Source: Alkalispirochaeta sp.
GTDB lineage: Bacteria > Spirochaetota > Spirochaetia > DSM-27196 > Alkalispirochaetaceae
Assembly (NCBI GenBank): GCA_965601925.1
Contig: OZ271854.1
Coordinates: forward strand, 1,984,001-2,048,000
DNA: 64,000 nt
Reading direction: 5' to 3'
A program made the translations under genes and the position numbers. Under the pieces are notes generated by a model that saw only the letters and a program-made list of their open reading frames with translations, was not told the DNA's origin and made no database searches. Positions within the stretch are counted from its first letter, which is position 1; every line of letters begins with the position of its first letter. Below are positions 40,765 to 50,511 of this stretch, piece by piece.

Positions 40765-41451
40765 TCATGGTATCCGTGGCCGTGGAAGCTCATCGCGATG
40801 CACGGGACTCTCCGCCGCCCCGCCGAGTACGACACTACCGAGACGACGCAGCATCTTCGTGAGCCGATTGATCCCCTCTTCCGAGGTAATGTCGATGCCG
40901 TTGTAGGTGTCGATGGTGCACGAGCGGACGGCGAAGTAGTGGTACGTCCCCGCGGCGATCGTAATCAATGCCGCGATATCGACGGACGGATCGACGCCGT
41001 GTTGAAGAGTCTTCACAAGCTCCACACCGAATTGCGCTCGCGGCTCCTCCAGAGCGATCGTAATGGCGTTGCGCTCCATCGTTTCCCACGCCAGGATCGC
41101 TAACGTCTGGGGGCGCTTGCGAATCGCCGCGGGATAGTTGTCGGCAAGGGCGAACCAGCGCTCAACCGCGGGGAGGCGTACGATCTCCTCCGGCGGCGCG
41201 CCGAACGCCTCCTCAAGGGTGGGCCAGTACTCGATGCTTGCGGCGTAGGTGCGGGCGAGGCCCTCCAGTCCACCGAAGTATCGGTACAGCAACGTCTTAT
41301 TGGCTCCGGCCCGCTCGGCGACGGCACGAACACCGACGGCGGCGAAGCCGCTCTCGGCCAAGAGATCGCCGAACGCCTCGATAAGAGATCGCTCCGTCCG
41401 CGCTCTGCGAGGTTGAATCGTCTGTGAATGTGTCCGGGTGGTTACATTCAT
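40765..41451 (-). CDS. TetR/AcrR family regulator
   Basis: HTH: GFAAVGVRAVAERAGANKTLLYRYFGG. Confidence 0.9.
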   Translation of the reverse strand: MNVTTRTHSQTIQPRRARTERSLIEAFGDLLAESGFAAVGVRAVAERAGANKTLLYRYFGGLEGLARTYAASIEYWPTLEEAFGAPPEEIVRLPAVERWFALADNYPAAIRKRPQTLAILAWETMERNAITIALEEPRAQFGVELVKTLQHGVDPSVDIAALITIAAGTYHYFAVRSCTIDTYNGIDITSEEGINRLTKMLRRLGSVVLGGAAESPVHRDELPRPRIP

Positions 41452-41487
41452 GAGAAGAAAAGTAACCATCCGGACACTTTTGGTCAA
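41430..41487 (-). promoter_or_regulatory. tetR promoter with two inverted 16-bp operator-like sites
   Basis: TTGACC-17-TACTTT-7-ATG. GTGTCCGGGTGGTTAC (41430-41445) and GTAACCATCCGGACAC (41462-41477) form an inverted pair matching at 15 of 16 positions. Confidence 0.75.
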
Positions 41488-41650
41488 GAGTCTCCTCGCA
41501 ACGTGAGACGCATTGAGACTTCTCGAAACGTTTCTACGGGACGGATGATTGCGTCCCCGGACTCGCTCGGACCTACCGGAGCGACCGGCGGCGAAGAATT
41601 GATTGCATTGTCCATCGTTTCGTGTACAATGGAGCTACTCCGATACAACG

Positions 41651-43024
41651 GTGGGGGTTTCTCTGGAACGGCAGGAAAAACGTCTCTATTGGTTGATGGG
41701 GCTTTCGTTGGTGGGGTGTGCCGTTTTAGGTGTCGTCGCCCAAGGGCCTGTAGCGGCGTTTAGGGGGCTCGTGACGATTCAGTATCACCCGGCGCGGCTT
41801 CTCAACGACTTCACCGCCGTCGGTGGAGAGGGGGCGGCGCTTCTCAACGCGGCCTTGGTTGCGCTTTTGGGCTTGCTTCTCGTACGAGTTCATCGCGTCC
41901 GACTCTCGGGACCGACGATCGCGGCGGTCTTTACTATGTTCGGATTCGGTCTGTTCGGAAAAACACCGACCAACGCGCTCCCGATCATTGCGGGAGTCGC
42001 CTTCGCGGCCCGTATATCCGAGAAATCCTTCCAGGAATACATCCTCATGGCGCTTTTCGGTACGGCGTTGGGGCCACTGGTTATGGCCCTGGCCGTCGAG
42101 GCGGGCCTCGCTCCGCCGATTGCCGTGGCCGCCGCGATCGTCGGCGGGTTCGCTGCGGGCGTGCTTCTGCCGCCCCTCGGTATCACCATGTTGCGCCTTC
42201 ACCAGGGGTTCAATCTCTATAACATCGGGCTGACGTGCGGATTTCTCGCCATCTTCGCCGCATCGCTGTTGGTGGCGACGGGGCGTCCCTTTTCACCGAC
42301 GTTGGTATGGAACGACGCGCCGTCTCCGCTTCTTGTGTTTCTCGTCCCGGCTCTGTCGTTCGTACTGCTCGTGACCGGGTTGATTCCGGCACCGAAAAAG
42401 ACGTGGGCGGATTTTCGGAAGATTCTTACGCTCTCCGGGCGATTGCCGTCGGACTTCCTCACGATGTCCTCGACCCGCGGCAGCCTCTTCAATATGGGCG
42501 TCATGGGCCTCCTTACGTGGGGATACGTCCTTGTCGTCGGCGGAGATTTGAACGGCCCGGTCTTGGGCGGCATACTTACTGCAATGGGGTTCGCCTCTTT
42601 TGGAAAACATCCCCGCAACGCGTGGCCGGTCGTCGCCGGTGTCGTTGCGGCGTGTCTGCTCTTCGGCAAAGATCTCGCCGCTCCGGGTCCGCTTCTCGCG
42701 GCGCTCTTTTCTTTGACGCTGGCGCCGTTGGCGGGTGAGTTCGGTTTGTTCGTCGGATTTATCGCCGGGTTCCTCCACCTCGTGATGGTAGAGCGTACCG
42801 GCGCCTGGCATCTCGGTACCAATCTTTATAACAACGGTTTTTCCGGCGGACTGACCGCAACGTTTTTGGTCGCCGTCATCGAGTGGTATCGCTCCAACCA
42901 CAGTACGGAGCGGACAAGGATACTTCGTAAGACACCGAAAACTACGGACACCGGATCTACCGATGGAGCCGAACAGCGTGAGCACCCGTCCGATGTCGCA
43001 CTAAGCGGATCTTCAAAAGAGTAA
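41651..43024 (+). CDS. DUF1576 family polytopic membrane protein
   Basis: GFGLFGK.P.N, LFGTALGP, HQGFNLYNIG, GFASFGKHPRN, NLYNNGFSGG; internal two-fold repeat. Start uncertain. Confidence 0.8.
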   Translation: MGVSLERQEKRLYWLMGLSLVGCAVLGVVAQGPVAAFRGLVTIQYHPARLLNDFTAVGGEGAALLNAALVALLGLLLVRVHRVRLSGPTIAAVFTMFGFGLFGKTPTNALPIIAGVAFAARISEKSFQEYILMALFGTALGPLVMALAVEAGLAPPIAVAAAIVGGFAAGVLLPPLGITMLRLHQGFNLYNIGLTCGFLAIFAASLLVATGRPFSPTLVWNDAPSPLLVFLVPALSFVLLVTGLIPAPKKTWADFRKILTLSGRLPSDFLTMSSTRGSLFNMGVMGLLTWGYVLVVGGDLNGPVLGGILTAMGFASFGKHPRNAWPVVAGVVAACLLFGKDLAAPGPLLAALFSLTLAPLAGEFGLFVGFIAGFLHLVMVERTGAWHLGTNLYNNGFSGGLTATFLVAVIEWYRSNHSTERTRILRKTPKTTDTGSTDGAEQREHPSDVALSGSSKE

Positions 43025-43043
43025 AGTCGGAAGGACGGAGCGT

Positions 43044-43427
43044 GTGAAACAAAAAGATATCGTGCTGCATTTAATCAGCGAGGTCTCGCATTTCGTGTTG
43101 GACGGCGATCCTATGCGGATGGTTATCTCTCTTCACCAGGAGGATGACGGCTTGCATCTGGCGATTCTGGACGACACGCAGCGCAACGACGACGAACTCG
43201 CGTCAATTCGTGCGGCGTTAGACAATCCGGGTAGGCCGGAGCTTGCGGCGTATTACGGCTCGATGGCCGGATCAGACATGTTGGGATCGGCGCGTCTCGA
43301 TCTCATCGGTTGGCAGATAAAAGCTTCGAGGGTCGGGCGTACCGACAGCGGAACAAAGATCGATCTATGGCTCGGCGGCGATCGCTTCAATCCGGACCAG
43401 TTTTCCCTTTCCGACGGCGACGGATAG
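43044..43427 (+). CDS. Small hypothetical protein, possible degenerate GHKL/HATPase fold
   Basis: SD GGAG; lies 19 bp after the DUF1576 gene. LISE...LAILDD...GTKIDL pattern. Confidence 0.65.
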   Translation: MKQKDIVLHLISEVSHFVLDGDPMRMVISLHQEDDGLHLAILDDTQRNDDELASIRAALDNPGRPELAAYYGSMAGSDMLGSARLDLIGWQIKASRVGRTDSGTKIDLWLGGDRFNPDQFSLSDGDG

Positions 43428-43562
43428 TCGGACTCGGCGAGATACCGCGCGCTGCGATACTTGTACCGTAGCGAACTCTCGCGATGCGTATCGTCCCGTT
43501 GCGGCGCGCCATCCCGTGGGTGTCGATCCGATCCGACGATGTGGAATGGAGAGGCGTAGACG

Positions 43563-44405
43563 ATGCTGTTGAAAATCTACGAGCCGACATACCCTCTGCG
43601 AACCTTCGTGCAATCCATGATTTACTACGAGGGATACAATGGATTGGGATCATACGAGACGTTGCTTCCCGACGGCGTATCCCAACTCATCATTCCCTTG
43701 GACGAACACTACCGATTTGCTACACCGGTCGGCGGCGGCGAACTCGCCCTCCGTCGGGCGTGGATCGCCGGTATCCAGACCGGTCCGCTGAGGTATCGAT
43801 CGGAGCGGGACGCCACGACGCTGTGTATCCGATTCGAGCCCGGGGGGTTACATCGTCTCATCGGTATTCCCGCATCCGAGTTTCGTGATCGGGTCGTAGA
43901 TGCAACGCTGGTTGTGCGGCATCTCATCGAATCGTTTCGCGACGCACTGTGTACCGTTCGATATCGCGGCGAAACCGCCTCGGCCGGCGACACGTGGAGA
44001 GACATTCTGGACGTCGCCGTGCGTACACTCCGGGAGCGCATCGTCTTTGGCCACGGTGCGGAGCGTATGCCCCCCGCGATCCACGCCCTGCGGGACGGTA
44101 CGGCGCTTCTCTCCGATATCGCTCAACGGGTGGGCTACTCGCACAAGCATCTGATCCACCTATTCAAGACGCACGTCGGCATCTCGCCCAAGAAGTATCA
44201 ACGCATTCAACGATTCAACACCGCCCTGTCGCACATCCACGGGCTTGAACGCCCCGACCTTGCAGATGTTGCATATCGATGCGGCTACTGCGATCAGGCT
44301 CACTTCACTAATGAGTTTCATCGACTCGCCGGGTACAGTCCCACCCAGTACATCGAGCACTCCGGTGAGTATCGCAACGTCTTTGCGACCGACGGCGAGG
44401 GGTAA
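43563..44405 (+). CDS. AraC family regulator (DUF6597-type N-terminus)
   Basis: LPDG N-terminal motif; C-terminal GYS..HL..LFK..VG.SPK...RF and GYCDQAHF..EF..LAG.SP. Confidence 0.9.
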   Translation: MLLKIYEPTYPLRTFVQSMIYYEGYNGLGSYETLLPDGVSQLIIPLDEHYRFATPVGGGELALRRAWIAGIQTGPLRYRSERDATTLCIRFEPGGLHRLIGIPASEFRDRVVDATLVVRHLIESFRDALCTVRYRGETASAGDTWRDILDVAVRTLRERIVFGHGAERMPPAIHALRDGTALLSDIAQRVGYSHKHLIHLFKTHVGISPKKYQRIQRFNTALSHIHGLERPDLADVAYRCGYCDQAHFTNEFHRLAGYSPTQYIEHSGEYRNVFATDGEG

Positions 44406-44449
44406 ATTTTTTACAATACCGCGACGTGTCGCGCCGCTACACTCTACTC

Positions 44450-44524
44450 ATGAGAAAATTCATTTGCGAAATCACAACATCGGTCAAGACCGTACCGCAC
44501 GGCACTGCTACGTTTAACCGATGA
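44450..44524 (+). pseudogene. 24-aa uORF, a remnant of a duplicated DHFR-family 5' end
   Basis: MRKFICEITTSV... versus MRKLIYHIATSV of the next gene. Ends with an ATGA overlap. Confidence 0.6.
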
Positions 44525-45054
44525 GGAAGCTAATCTATCATATCGCGACATCGGTAGACGGGTTTATAGCCGATACCGACGGTTCGGTTGACGGGTTCTT
44601 AATGGAGGGGGACCACGCCGACGACTTCACGCGATCCCTCTCGTCCTACGACACCGTCGTCATGGGACGAAAGACCTATGAGTTTGCTTTCCTCTTCGGG
44701 CTACAGCCCGGTGAGCCGGCGTATCCCGGTCTCAAGCACTACATCATCTCGTCATGGTTACGCTTCGAGAATACCGACCAGGTGGTGTCGGTTCCGACCG
44801 ACGGGGTCGAGTGCGTCCGAGCGTTGAAGGGGGAGTCCGGTAAGGACATCTGGTTGTGTGGGGGCGGGCATGTGGCGGGGTCCCTTCTCCGCGCCGGGCT
44901 GATAGACGAACTCATACTCAAGGTGAATCCTATTCTTTTGGGAGATGGAATCAAACTCTTTGAGGGCGGCCCCGCACGATCTCGTTGGAACCTTCGAGAG
45001 GCGAAGGTCTACGGAAACGGAGTCGTGTTACAACACTACGAGTCGGCGCGGTGA
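44521..45054 (+). CDS. Dihydrofolate reductase / RibD C-terminal family protein
   Basis: TSVDGFIA, MGRKTYE, WLCGGG, LIDELIL..NPILLGDG. Confidence 0.9.
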   Translation: MRKLIYHIATSVDGFIADTDGSVDGFLMEGDHADDFTRSLSSYDTVVMGRKTYEFAFLFGLQPGEPAYPGLKHYIISSWLRFENTDQVVSVPTDGVECVRALKGESGKDIWLCGGGHVAGSLLRAGLIDELILKVNPILLGDGIKLFEGGPARSRWNLREAKVYGNGVVLQHYESAR

Positions 45055-45100
45055 TCGCGCGGGCTGTCGAGACGGACGCTCCCGTGTTACGCTCCGCACC

Positions 45101-45538
45101 ATGCAGCGGGAAGAAGCGGGGGCGTTCTCCGATTACGAGCTGAGCGACGACCCGACGAAAATCGATATTGCGGTTGTGCATCGGTATCTCTCGGAAGAGT
45201 CGTACTGGGCAGGCGGACGATCCATCGATGTGGTGAAACGATCGATTGAACACTCGTGGTGTCTCGGCGCCTACGATCAACACGGTGCTATGGTAGCCTT
45301 TGCCCGCATCGTGACGGACTGGGCGACTATGTACTACCTATGCGATGTGTTCGTGTTACCGGATCACCGCGGGTGCGGCCTCGGAAAGGCGCTCGTCAAC
45401 CGGGTCGTCGGCGATCCTCGTTTGGCCGATCTTGCCGGTCTTCTCGGCACCGCCGATGCTCATGGTCTCTATGAACCGTTCGGATTTCGACAGGACGATG
45501 AGATGCGTCGGCGCTTTATGCGGCGACCCCGAGCGTAA
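45101..45538 (+). CDS. GNAT acetyltransferase
   Basis: SYWA, FARIVTD, DVFVLPDHRGCGLGK, DAHGLY..FGF. Confidence 0.88.
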   Translation: MQREEAGAFSDYELSDDPTKIDIAVVHRYLSEESYWAGGRSIDVVKRSIEHSWCLGAYDQHGAMVAFARIVTDWATMYYLCDVFVLPDHRGCGLGKALVNRVVGDPRLADLAGLLGTADAHGLYEPFGFRQDDEMRRRFMRRPRA

Positions 45539-45635
45539 GATGCGTCGATAGGTTGCAGAGTGCGACACGAGGCGGCAACCGCCGTTGATCAAACAGTTCT
45601 CCGGGTGCGCCCGGAAGCGCCGTGGACGAACTCTC

Positions 45636-46118
45636 CTATTCGACGGCGAGACGAGTAAGCGCCGCTTCGTCCAATCGGTACACGTCCCAATCCTCCATGG
45701 CCTTTGCTCCCAGGGATCGGTAGAACGATATGGCGCTCGTGTTCCAGTCGAGGACCGACCATTCCACGCGCCCGTAGTTGCGCTCGCGAGCCGTACGGGC
45801 GAGATACACCAACAACGCCCGACCAATTCCACGGGCGCGGTATTCGGGTCTCACGAATAGATCTTCCAAGTAGAGGCCGGGCCGCCCCACGAAGGTCGAA
45901 AATGTCTTAAAAAAAAGCGCAAATCCCGCGCCCTCGTCGCCGCACCACGCAATGACGGCCTCCGCCGCCGGCGAGGGACCGAACAGCGCTTCCTCGATCC
46001 GCGATTCGGTCGCCTCGACCCTGTGGCTTAGCTTCTCATACGCGGCCAGCTCCTTGATGAAGCGCGTGATGAGCGGCACGTCCTCGGCCCGCGCCGGTGT
46101 AACGGTAAGATCGTCCAT
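45636..46118 (-). CDS. GNAT acetyltransferase (diamine/SSAT-like)
   Basis: ELAAYEK, FSTF.G..GLYLEDLFVRPEYRARGIG, WSVLDWN..AI.FY. Confidence 0.9.
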   Translation of the reverse strand: MDDLTVTPARAEDVPLITRFIKELAAYEKLSHRVEATESRIEEALFGPSPAAEAVIAWCGDEGAGFALFFKTFSTFVGRPGLYLEDLFVRPEYRARGIGRALLVYLARTARERNYGRVEWSVLDWNTSAISFYRSLGAKAMEDWDVYRLDEAALTRLAVE

Positions 46119-46321
46119 AGCGAGCGATCATACCAAGTCCCCGGAGTGCCCACAACTCCGGAGAGGTGCGACGGATCGCGTCACGTCGATCGGGGAATGC
46201 TATCGACTCGTCGCGGAGCTCTCGTGCGGTCCGACACGGGCGTATCGAATGCGCCGAGGTCGGCACGTTCTCCCTTCGCCGGGCGAGGACAAAAGCTTCG
46301 TATTCTGGTACCGTTTATCCC

Positions 46322-48214
46322 ATGGATTTCGACTCCATCGTAGTAGGGGGCGGACACGCCGGAATCGAGGCGTCGATGGCGATCGCACGACTCGGGTTTC
46401 GCGTCCTTATGATCACACAAAATCTCGACACGATCGGTAAGCTCAGTTGCAACCCCGCGATCGGCGGGCTCGCCAAGGGCAATATGGTGCGGGAGATCGA
46501 CGCGCTCGGCGGGCAGATGGGGCGCATCATCGATGAAACGATGATTCAGTTCCGTGTTCTCAACCGCAGCCGCGGTCCGGCGGTACAGGCTCCGAGAGCA
46601 CAGGCGGACAAGCTCGCCTACCAAATCAAGGCGAAACAAGTCCTCGAGTCCGAGCCCGCCCTCCAGCTCTTTCAGGACACCGTGGTCGATTTTCTCTATA
46701 CCGATGATCATCGGTCCGTAGCCGGCGTCGTGACCGAACGTGGGAAGCGTTTCTCCTGTCGTTCGGTCGTGGTCACTACCGGCACCTTTCTCAACGGGCG
46801 TATCTTCATCGGCGAGTATAACGCCGAGAGTGGGCGTATCGCGGAACCCGCCGCCAAGGGGTTGGAACGACCCCTCTTGCAGCTCGGTTTTCGGATGGGG
46901 CGAATGAAGACCGGTACTCCGGCGCGCGTCATGCGGCGCTCCATCGATTTCGACCGCGTCGAGTCACAGTTCGGCGACGAGGAGATCGTGCCGTTCAGCT
47001 TCGACAGTCGCGAGGTGACGCGGGAGCAGGTCCGGTGTTACATCACGTGGACGACGGAAAAGACGCACCGGGTCATTGAGGACAATATGAGCCGCTCACC
47101 CCTCTATTCGGGCCTGATCGTAGGCTCCGGGCCGCGCTACTGCCCTTCGATCGAGGACAAAGTCGTAAAGTTTCCCGACCGGACGCGCCACCAGATCTTC
47201 ATCGAGCCCGAAGGTGTCTCTACCGGCGAGATGTACCTCAACGGCATCAGCACCTCGTTGCCCGAGGACGTACAGGAGGCGTTCATCCGCACCATTCCCG
47301 GGTTGGAGGCGGCGGAGATCGTACGTCCGGGGTACGCGGTGGAGTATGATCACATCGACCCGTCTCAGCTCTATCCCACCCTGGAGGCGAAGATGCTCGC
47401 CGGGCTCTACATCGCCGGACAGACCAACGGCACCTCCGGGTACGAGGAGGCGGCCGGGCAGGGTCTTATCGCAGGTATTAACGCCGCCCTCGCCATGCGC
47501 GGGGAGGGCCCGTTTATCTTAAGCCGCGCCGACGCCTATATCGGCGTCATGATCGACGACCTGGTCACCCTCGGCACCAAGGAGCCGTACCGTATGTTTA
47601 CCTCCCGTGCCGAGCACCGTATGAACCTGCGCCACGATTCGTCGGATATCAGACTCTTCGAGCAGGCCCATCGCATCGGGATGCATACCTCCGCCGCATG
47701 GGAGCGTTTTCAGGAAAAGAAACGGGGAATTGAAGCGATCAAGAAGCAGATCCGCGCGCGCCATCTCTCGGAGAACGAGCTTGTCGCCTCGGCTCCCGGC
47801 AGAATGTCCGCCGGCGGCAACCATCCCTTCCGCCCGTTCATCGGGAGAAGTTTCGATAAGATTCTCAAGAATCCCAGAGTGAGCCTCCAGGAGCTCGTAC
47901 GTTTTGAACCTGCGATCGCCGAAGGGCGGCCTACCGAATGGTTACGTCAGGTGGAGCTCGATATCAAGTACGAGGGATACGTCGCCCGGGAAGAGAAGAT
48001 GGTGCAGCGGTTTCGCCGCATGGAGAATATGCGCATTCCCCGTGACTTCGATTGGGACGGCATTGCCGGGCTCTCAAACGAGGGGCGGGAGAAGTTTAAG
48101 GCGATACGTCCCGTCTCGGTGGGACAAGCGTCCCGCATTTCCGGTGTACGCAACTCCGACGTAACGGTGCTGTTGGTTGCCCTGGGGCGCGTCCACAAGA
48201 GTCCCGCCGCGTGA
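46322..48214 (+). CDS. mnmG: tRNA uridine 5-carboxymethylaminomethyl modification enzyme MnmG
   Basis: [57 protein letters not shown]. Confidence 0.98.
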   Translation: MDFDSIVVGGGHAGIEASMAIARLGFRVLMITQNLDTIGKLSCNPAIGGLAKGNMVREIDALGGQMGRIIDETMIQFRVLNRSRGPAVQAPRAQADKLAYQIKAKQVLESEPALQLFQDTVVDFLYTDDHRSVAGVVTERGKRFSCRSVVVTTGTFLNGRIFIGEYNAESGRIAEPAAKGLERPLLQLGFRMGRMKTGTPARVMRRSIDFDRVESQFGDEEIVPFSFDSREVTREQVRCYITWTTEKTHRVIEDNMSRSPLYSGLIVGSGPRYCPSIEDKVVKFPDRTRHQIFIEPEGVSTGEMYLNGISTSLPEDVQEAFIRTIPGLEAAEIVRPGYAVEYDHIDPSQLYPTLEAKMLAGLYIAGQTNGTSGYEEAAGQGLIAGINAALAMRGEGPFILSRADAYIGVMIDDLVTLGTKEPYRMFTSRAEHRMNLRHDSSDIRLFEQAHRIGMHTSAAWERFQEKKRGIEAIKKQIRARHLSENELVASAPGRMSAGGNHPFRPFIGRSFDKILKNPRVSLQELVRFEPAIAEGRPTEWLRQVELDIKYEGYVAREEKMVQRFRRMENMRIPRDFDWDGIAGLSNEGREKFKAIRPVSVGQASRISGVRNSDVTVLLVALGRVHKSPAA

Positions 48215-48951
48215 CGGATAACGTATCGAACGCAGCCGACACCGTCTCTCCGGATCGAATCGTCGACGGACTGAGGGAGATCGATCTCTCGGAGGAGCGT
48301 ATCGCCGTCGCAACACGCCCTCTCGGCCGCTACGTCACGGAACTTCGCGAGGCCAACGAACGGTACGGACTCATCGCCCGGGGCGACGTCGCCGACGCGC
48401 AACGACTCTTCGTGCGCCACATCCTCGACAGCATCGCTCCATGGCGACACCTCGCCGACCTGGTCGCCCGGACCGGCCGGCGCCGTCTCTACGATTTGGG
48501 AGCCGGAGCGGGGTTGCCGGGCATACCGTTGGGGATCGCCCTGGGCGACGTGTTGGACGAGACGGTTTTGGTGGAACGGAGGAGCAGGCGCGTGAGTTTT
48601 CTCCTCGGCGTAACGGCGCAGGTATCGACCGAGCTCACCGCCGGCGCGGCGACCCTGCGTGTCGTTGAACGGGACGCCACGCTACTCGGAAAGACGGAAG
48701 AGGAACGTCTCGATGGAGCCTTGGTCGTCTTTCGCGCCTATCAAAAGACGACTCCCGAGCTCCTCGGCGCACTCGCAGCGACCTTCGGTCCCGGTGCACC
48801 GGTCTGCGCCTGGAAGGGACGCCACGCCCAAACCGAGTCGGAGCGTCGGCTCGTCGCCGCTTCACCGCACGCCGCAGATGCGCGTATGCACGTCGTCGAG
48901 GTGCCCGGAGAGGCGGCGGAGCGATCGGTTTTGGTGTGGGTGACGCGGTAG
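48211..48951 (+). CDS. rsmG: 16S rRNA m7G527 methyltransferase
   Basis: [25 protein letters not shown]. Overlaps the mnmG stop. Confidence 0.88.
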   Translation: MTDNVSNAADTVSPDRIVDGLREIDLSEERIAVATRPLGRYVTELREANERYGLIARGDVADAQRLFVRHILDSIAPWRHLADLVARTGRRRLYDLGAGAGLPGIPLGIALGDVLDETVLVERRSRRVSFLLGVTAQVSTELTAGAATLRVVERDATLLGKTEEERLDGALVVFRAYQKTTPELLGALAATFGPGAPVCAWKGRHAQTESERRLVAASPHAADARMHVVEVPGEAAERSVLVWVTR

Positions 48952-49063
48952 TCCGCGCGCTTTGATGCTTCGTATCGGCGTGGCGGGCGATCTACGCTTG
49001 TCGCGTGCCCGGCCGTCGCAAGGTCGTTCCCCAACCACCGTTTGTGATAGGTCCTACACGGGA

Positions 49064-49690
49064 TCAGCGATTGCGCTCCTTTGTTGCAAGGATTCGTAGC
49101 CCCGCTAACAGCGTTGCCAAGCTACTCTCCGCCCGTTCGACGGTACTCGCCGGCTCCTCGCTCGAGGCGATCCACAGCGCCGCGTCGAGCATCGCACCGT
49201 TCAACATGCGAGCGAGCGCCTCCGCATCGGTCCGTGCGATCGTATCGGTCTCCATCAGCTCATTCAGAGTGTCCGCGATCGGCCCCACCGAACCCTCGGC
49301 GTCCAGCTGGCGCGCTCGTTCGCCCATAACCGCCGGCGCCTCTTGGAGTAAAATCCGACTCACATCGGGCTCGAGTGCCGCACGAATGTAGGTACGACAA
49401 CCCGCTTGAAACGCCTCCCACGGGTCTTCTATCGCGCGGTAGGCCATCTCTATTCGCGCGAGTATCTCGGCATCTATCCGCCTTACGACCGCCTCGAAGA
49501 GGCCCTCTTTGCCGCCGAAGTGGTGGTACAGGGCGCCGCGGGTAAGGCCTACTTCGGCACATAGTACATCCATAGAGGTCGCATGGTAGCCCGACTCGGC
49601 AAAGGAGCGCCGCGCCGCGGCGAGTAGTTTCTCAGTCGTTTCTTGGATCATCTGCGCCCGCGATCGGCGAGCGCGTCCGTCCTTGCCCAT
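49064..49690 (-). CDS. TetR/AcrR family regulator
   Basis: GYHATSMD...GLTRGALYHHFGGKEGLF. SD AGGAG. Confidence 0.92.
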   Translation of the reverse strand: MGKDGRARRSRAQMIQETTEKLLAAARRSFAESGYHATSMDVLCAEVGLTRGALYHHFGGKEGLFEAVVRRIDAEILARIEMAYRAIEDPWEAFQAGCRTYIRAALEPDVSRILLQEAPAVMGERARQLDAEGSVGPIADTLNELMETDTIARTDAEALARMLNGAMLDAALWIASSEEPASTVERAESSLATLLAGLRILATKERNR

Positions 49691-49714
49691 TTGTACGTTC
49701 TCCTGCCATTGTTA

Positions 49715-49766
49715 TTGACATACGCGATGTATGTTAATATGTTAATTTAACATACGCTATGTATGT
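49715..49766. promoter_or_regulatory. Two palindromic TetR-type operators overlapping a sigma70 promoter
   Basis: ACATAC-GCGAT-GTATGT (49718-49734) and ACATAC-GCTAT-GTATGT (49750-49766); TTGACA-17-TATGTT. Confidence 0.85.
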
Positions 49767-49797
49767 GAATATACCCGATAGAGAAGGAGTGAACAAG

Positions 49798-50511
49798 ATG
49801 CAACGTACCACAGACCGACGGCGGGCCGAGGAAGTCTCAGTCCGGCGTGCAACGACCGACGACATACCCTTTTTGGCGCAGGTCGATCTGATCGCCTCTA
49901 CACCACCCTTCGATAGATCGATTTGGGAGCGCTACCTCGAGGGTATCGGTACGTCCACCGTGCGCTTTTTGGAGGCGATGTTCATGGTGGACGCGTCAAA
50001 CTGGGGTAGCGCAGAGGACTTCATCGTGCTCGAGGTGGCGGGAACGCCGGCGGCGGCGTGCGCCGTATACGACGGTACCGACCGGCCCGCCGATCAGGGC
50101 ATGATTGATATGGAGAAGCTGCCGTCGATCGCGCGCCGATTGGGTTGGACGGACGAGGTGTCCCAAACGTTTCGGGCCGCGTACGAGAAGGATTGGAAGG
50201 GCGACCAACGGTTTTTGGCGCCCCAGGCGGAGGCGATCATCGAGACTGTGGGAGTACTACCGGAGTTTCGTAGGATGGGTCTCGGCGATCGTCTTATGCG
50301 TGAGAGTCGGGTGGAGGCGCTCCGACGCGGGCACGCGTCTATCGGAATCATGGTGATTCACGGCAACGACGGCGCCAAGCGTCTCTACGAACGTCACTTT
50401 GAGCCGTACATCACCTACCACGCGAGCTTCTTCGGCGGTGAGTTCCCGGGGATAACGAAATATCGCGCAAGTCTATCCGAGAGTGATTACGGAGATGGAG
50501 ATGAGGCGTGA
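49798..50511 (+). CDS. GNAT acetyltransferase
   Basis: VGVLPEFRRMGLG, GN.GA.RLY. SD AAGGAG. Confidence 0.85.
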   Translation: MQRTTDRRRAEEVSVRRATTDDIPFLAQVDLIASTPPFDRSIWERYLEGIGTSTVRFLEAMFMVDASNWGSAEDFIVLEVAGTPAAACAVYDGTDRPADQGMIDMEKLPSIARRLGWTDEVSQTFRAAYEKDWKGDQRFLAPQAEAIIETVGVLPEFRRMGLGDRLMRESRVEALRRGHASIGIMVIHGNDGAKRLYERHFEPYITYHASFFGGEFPGITKYRASLSESDYGDGDEA

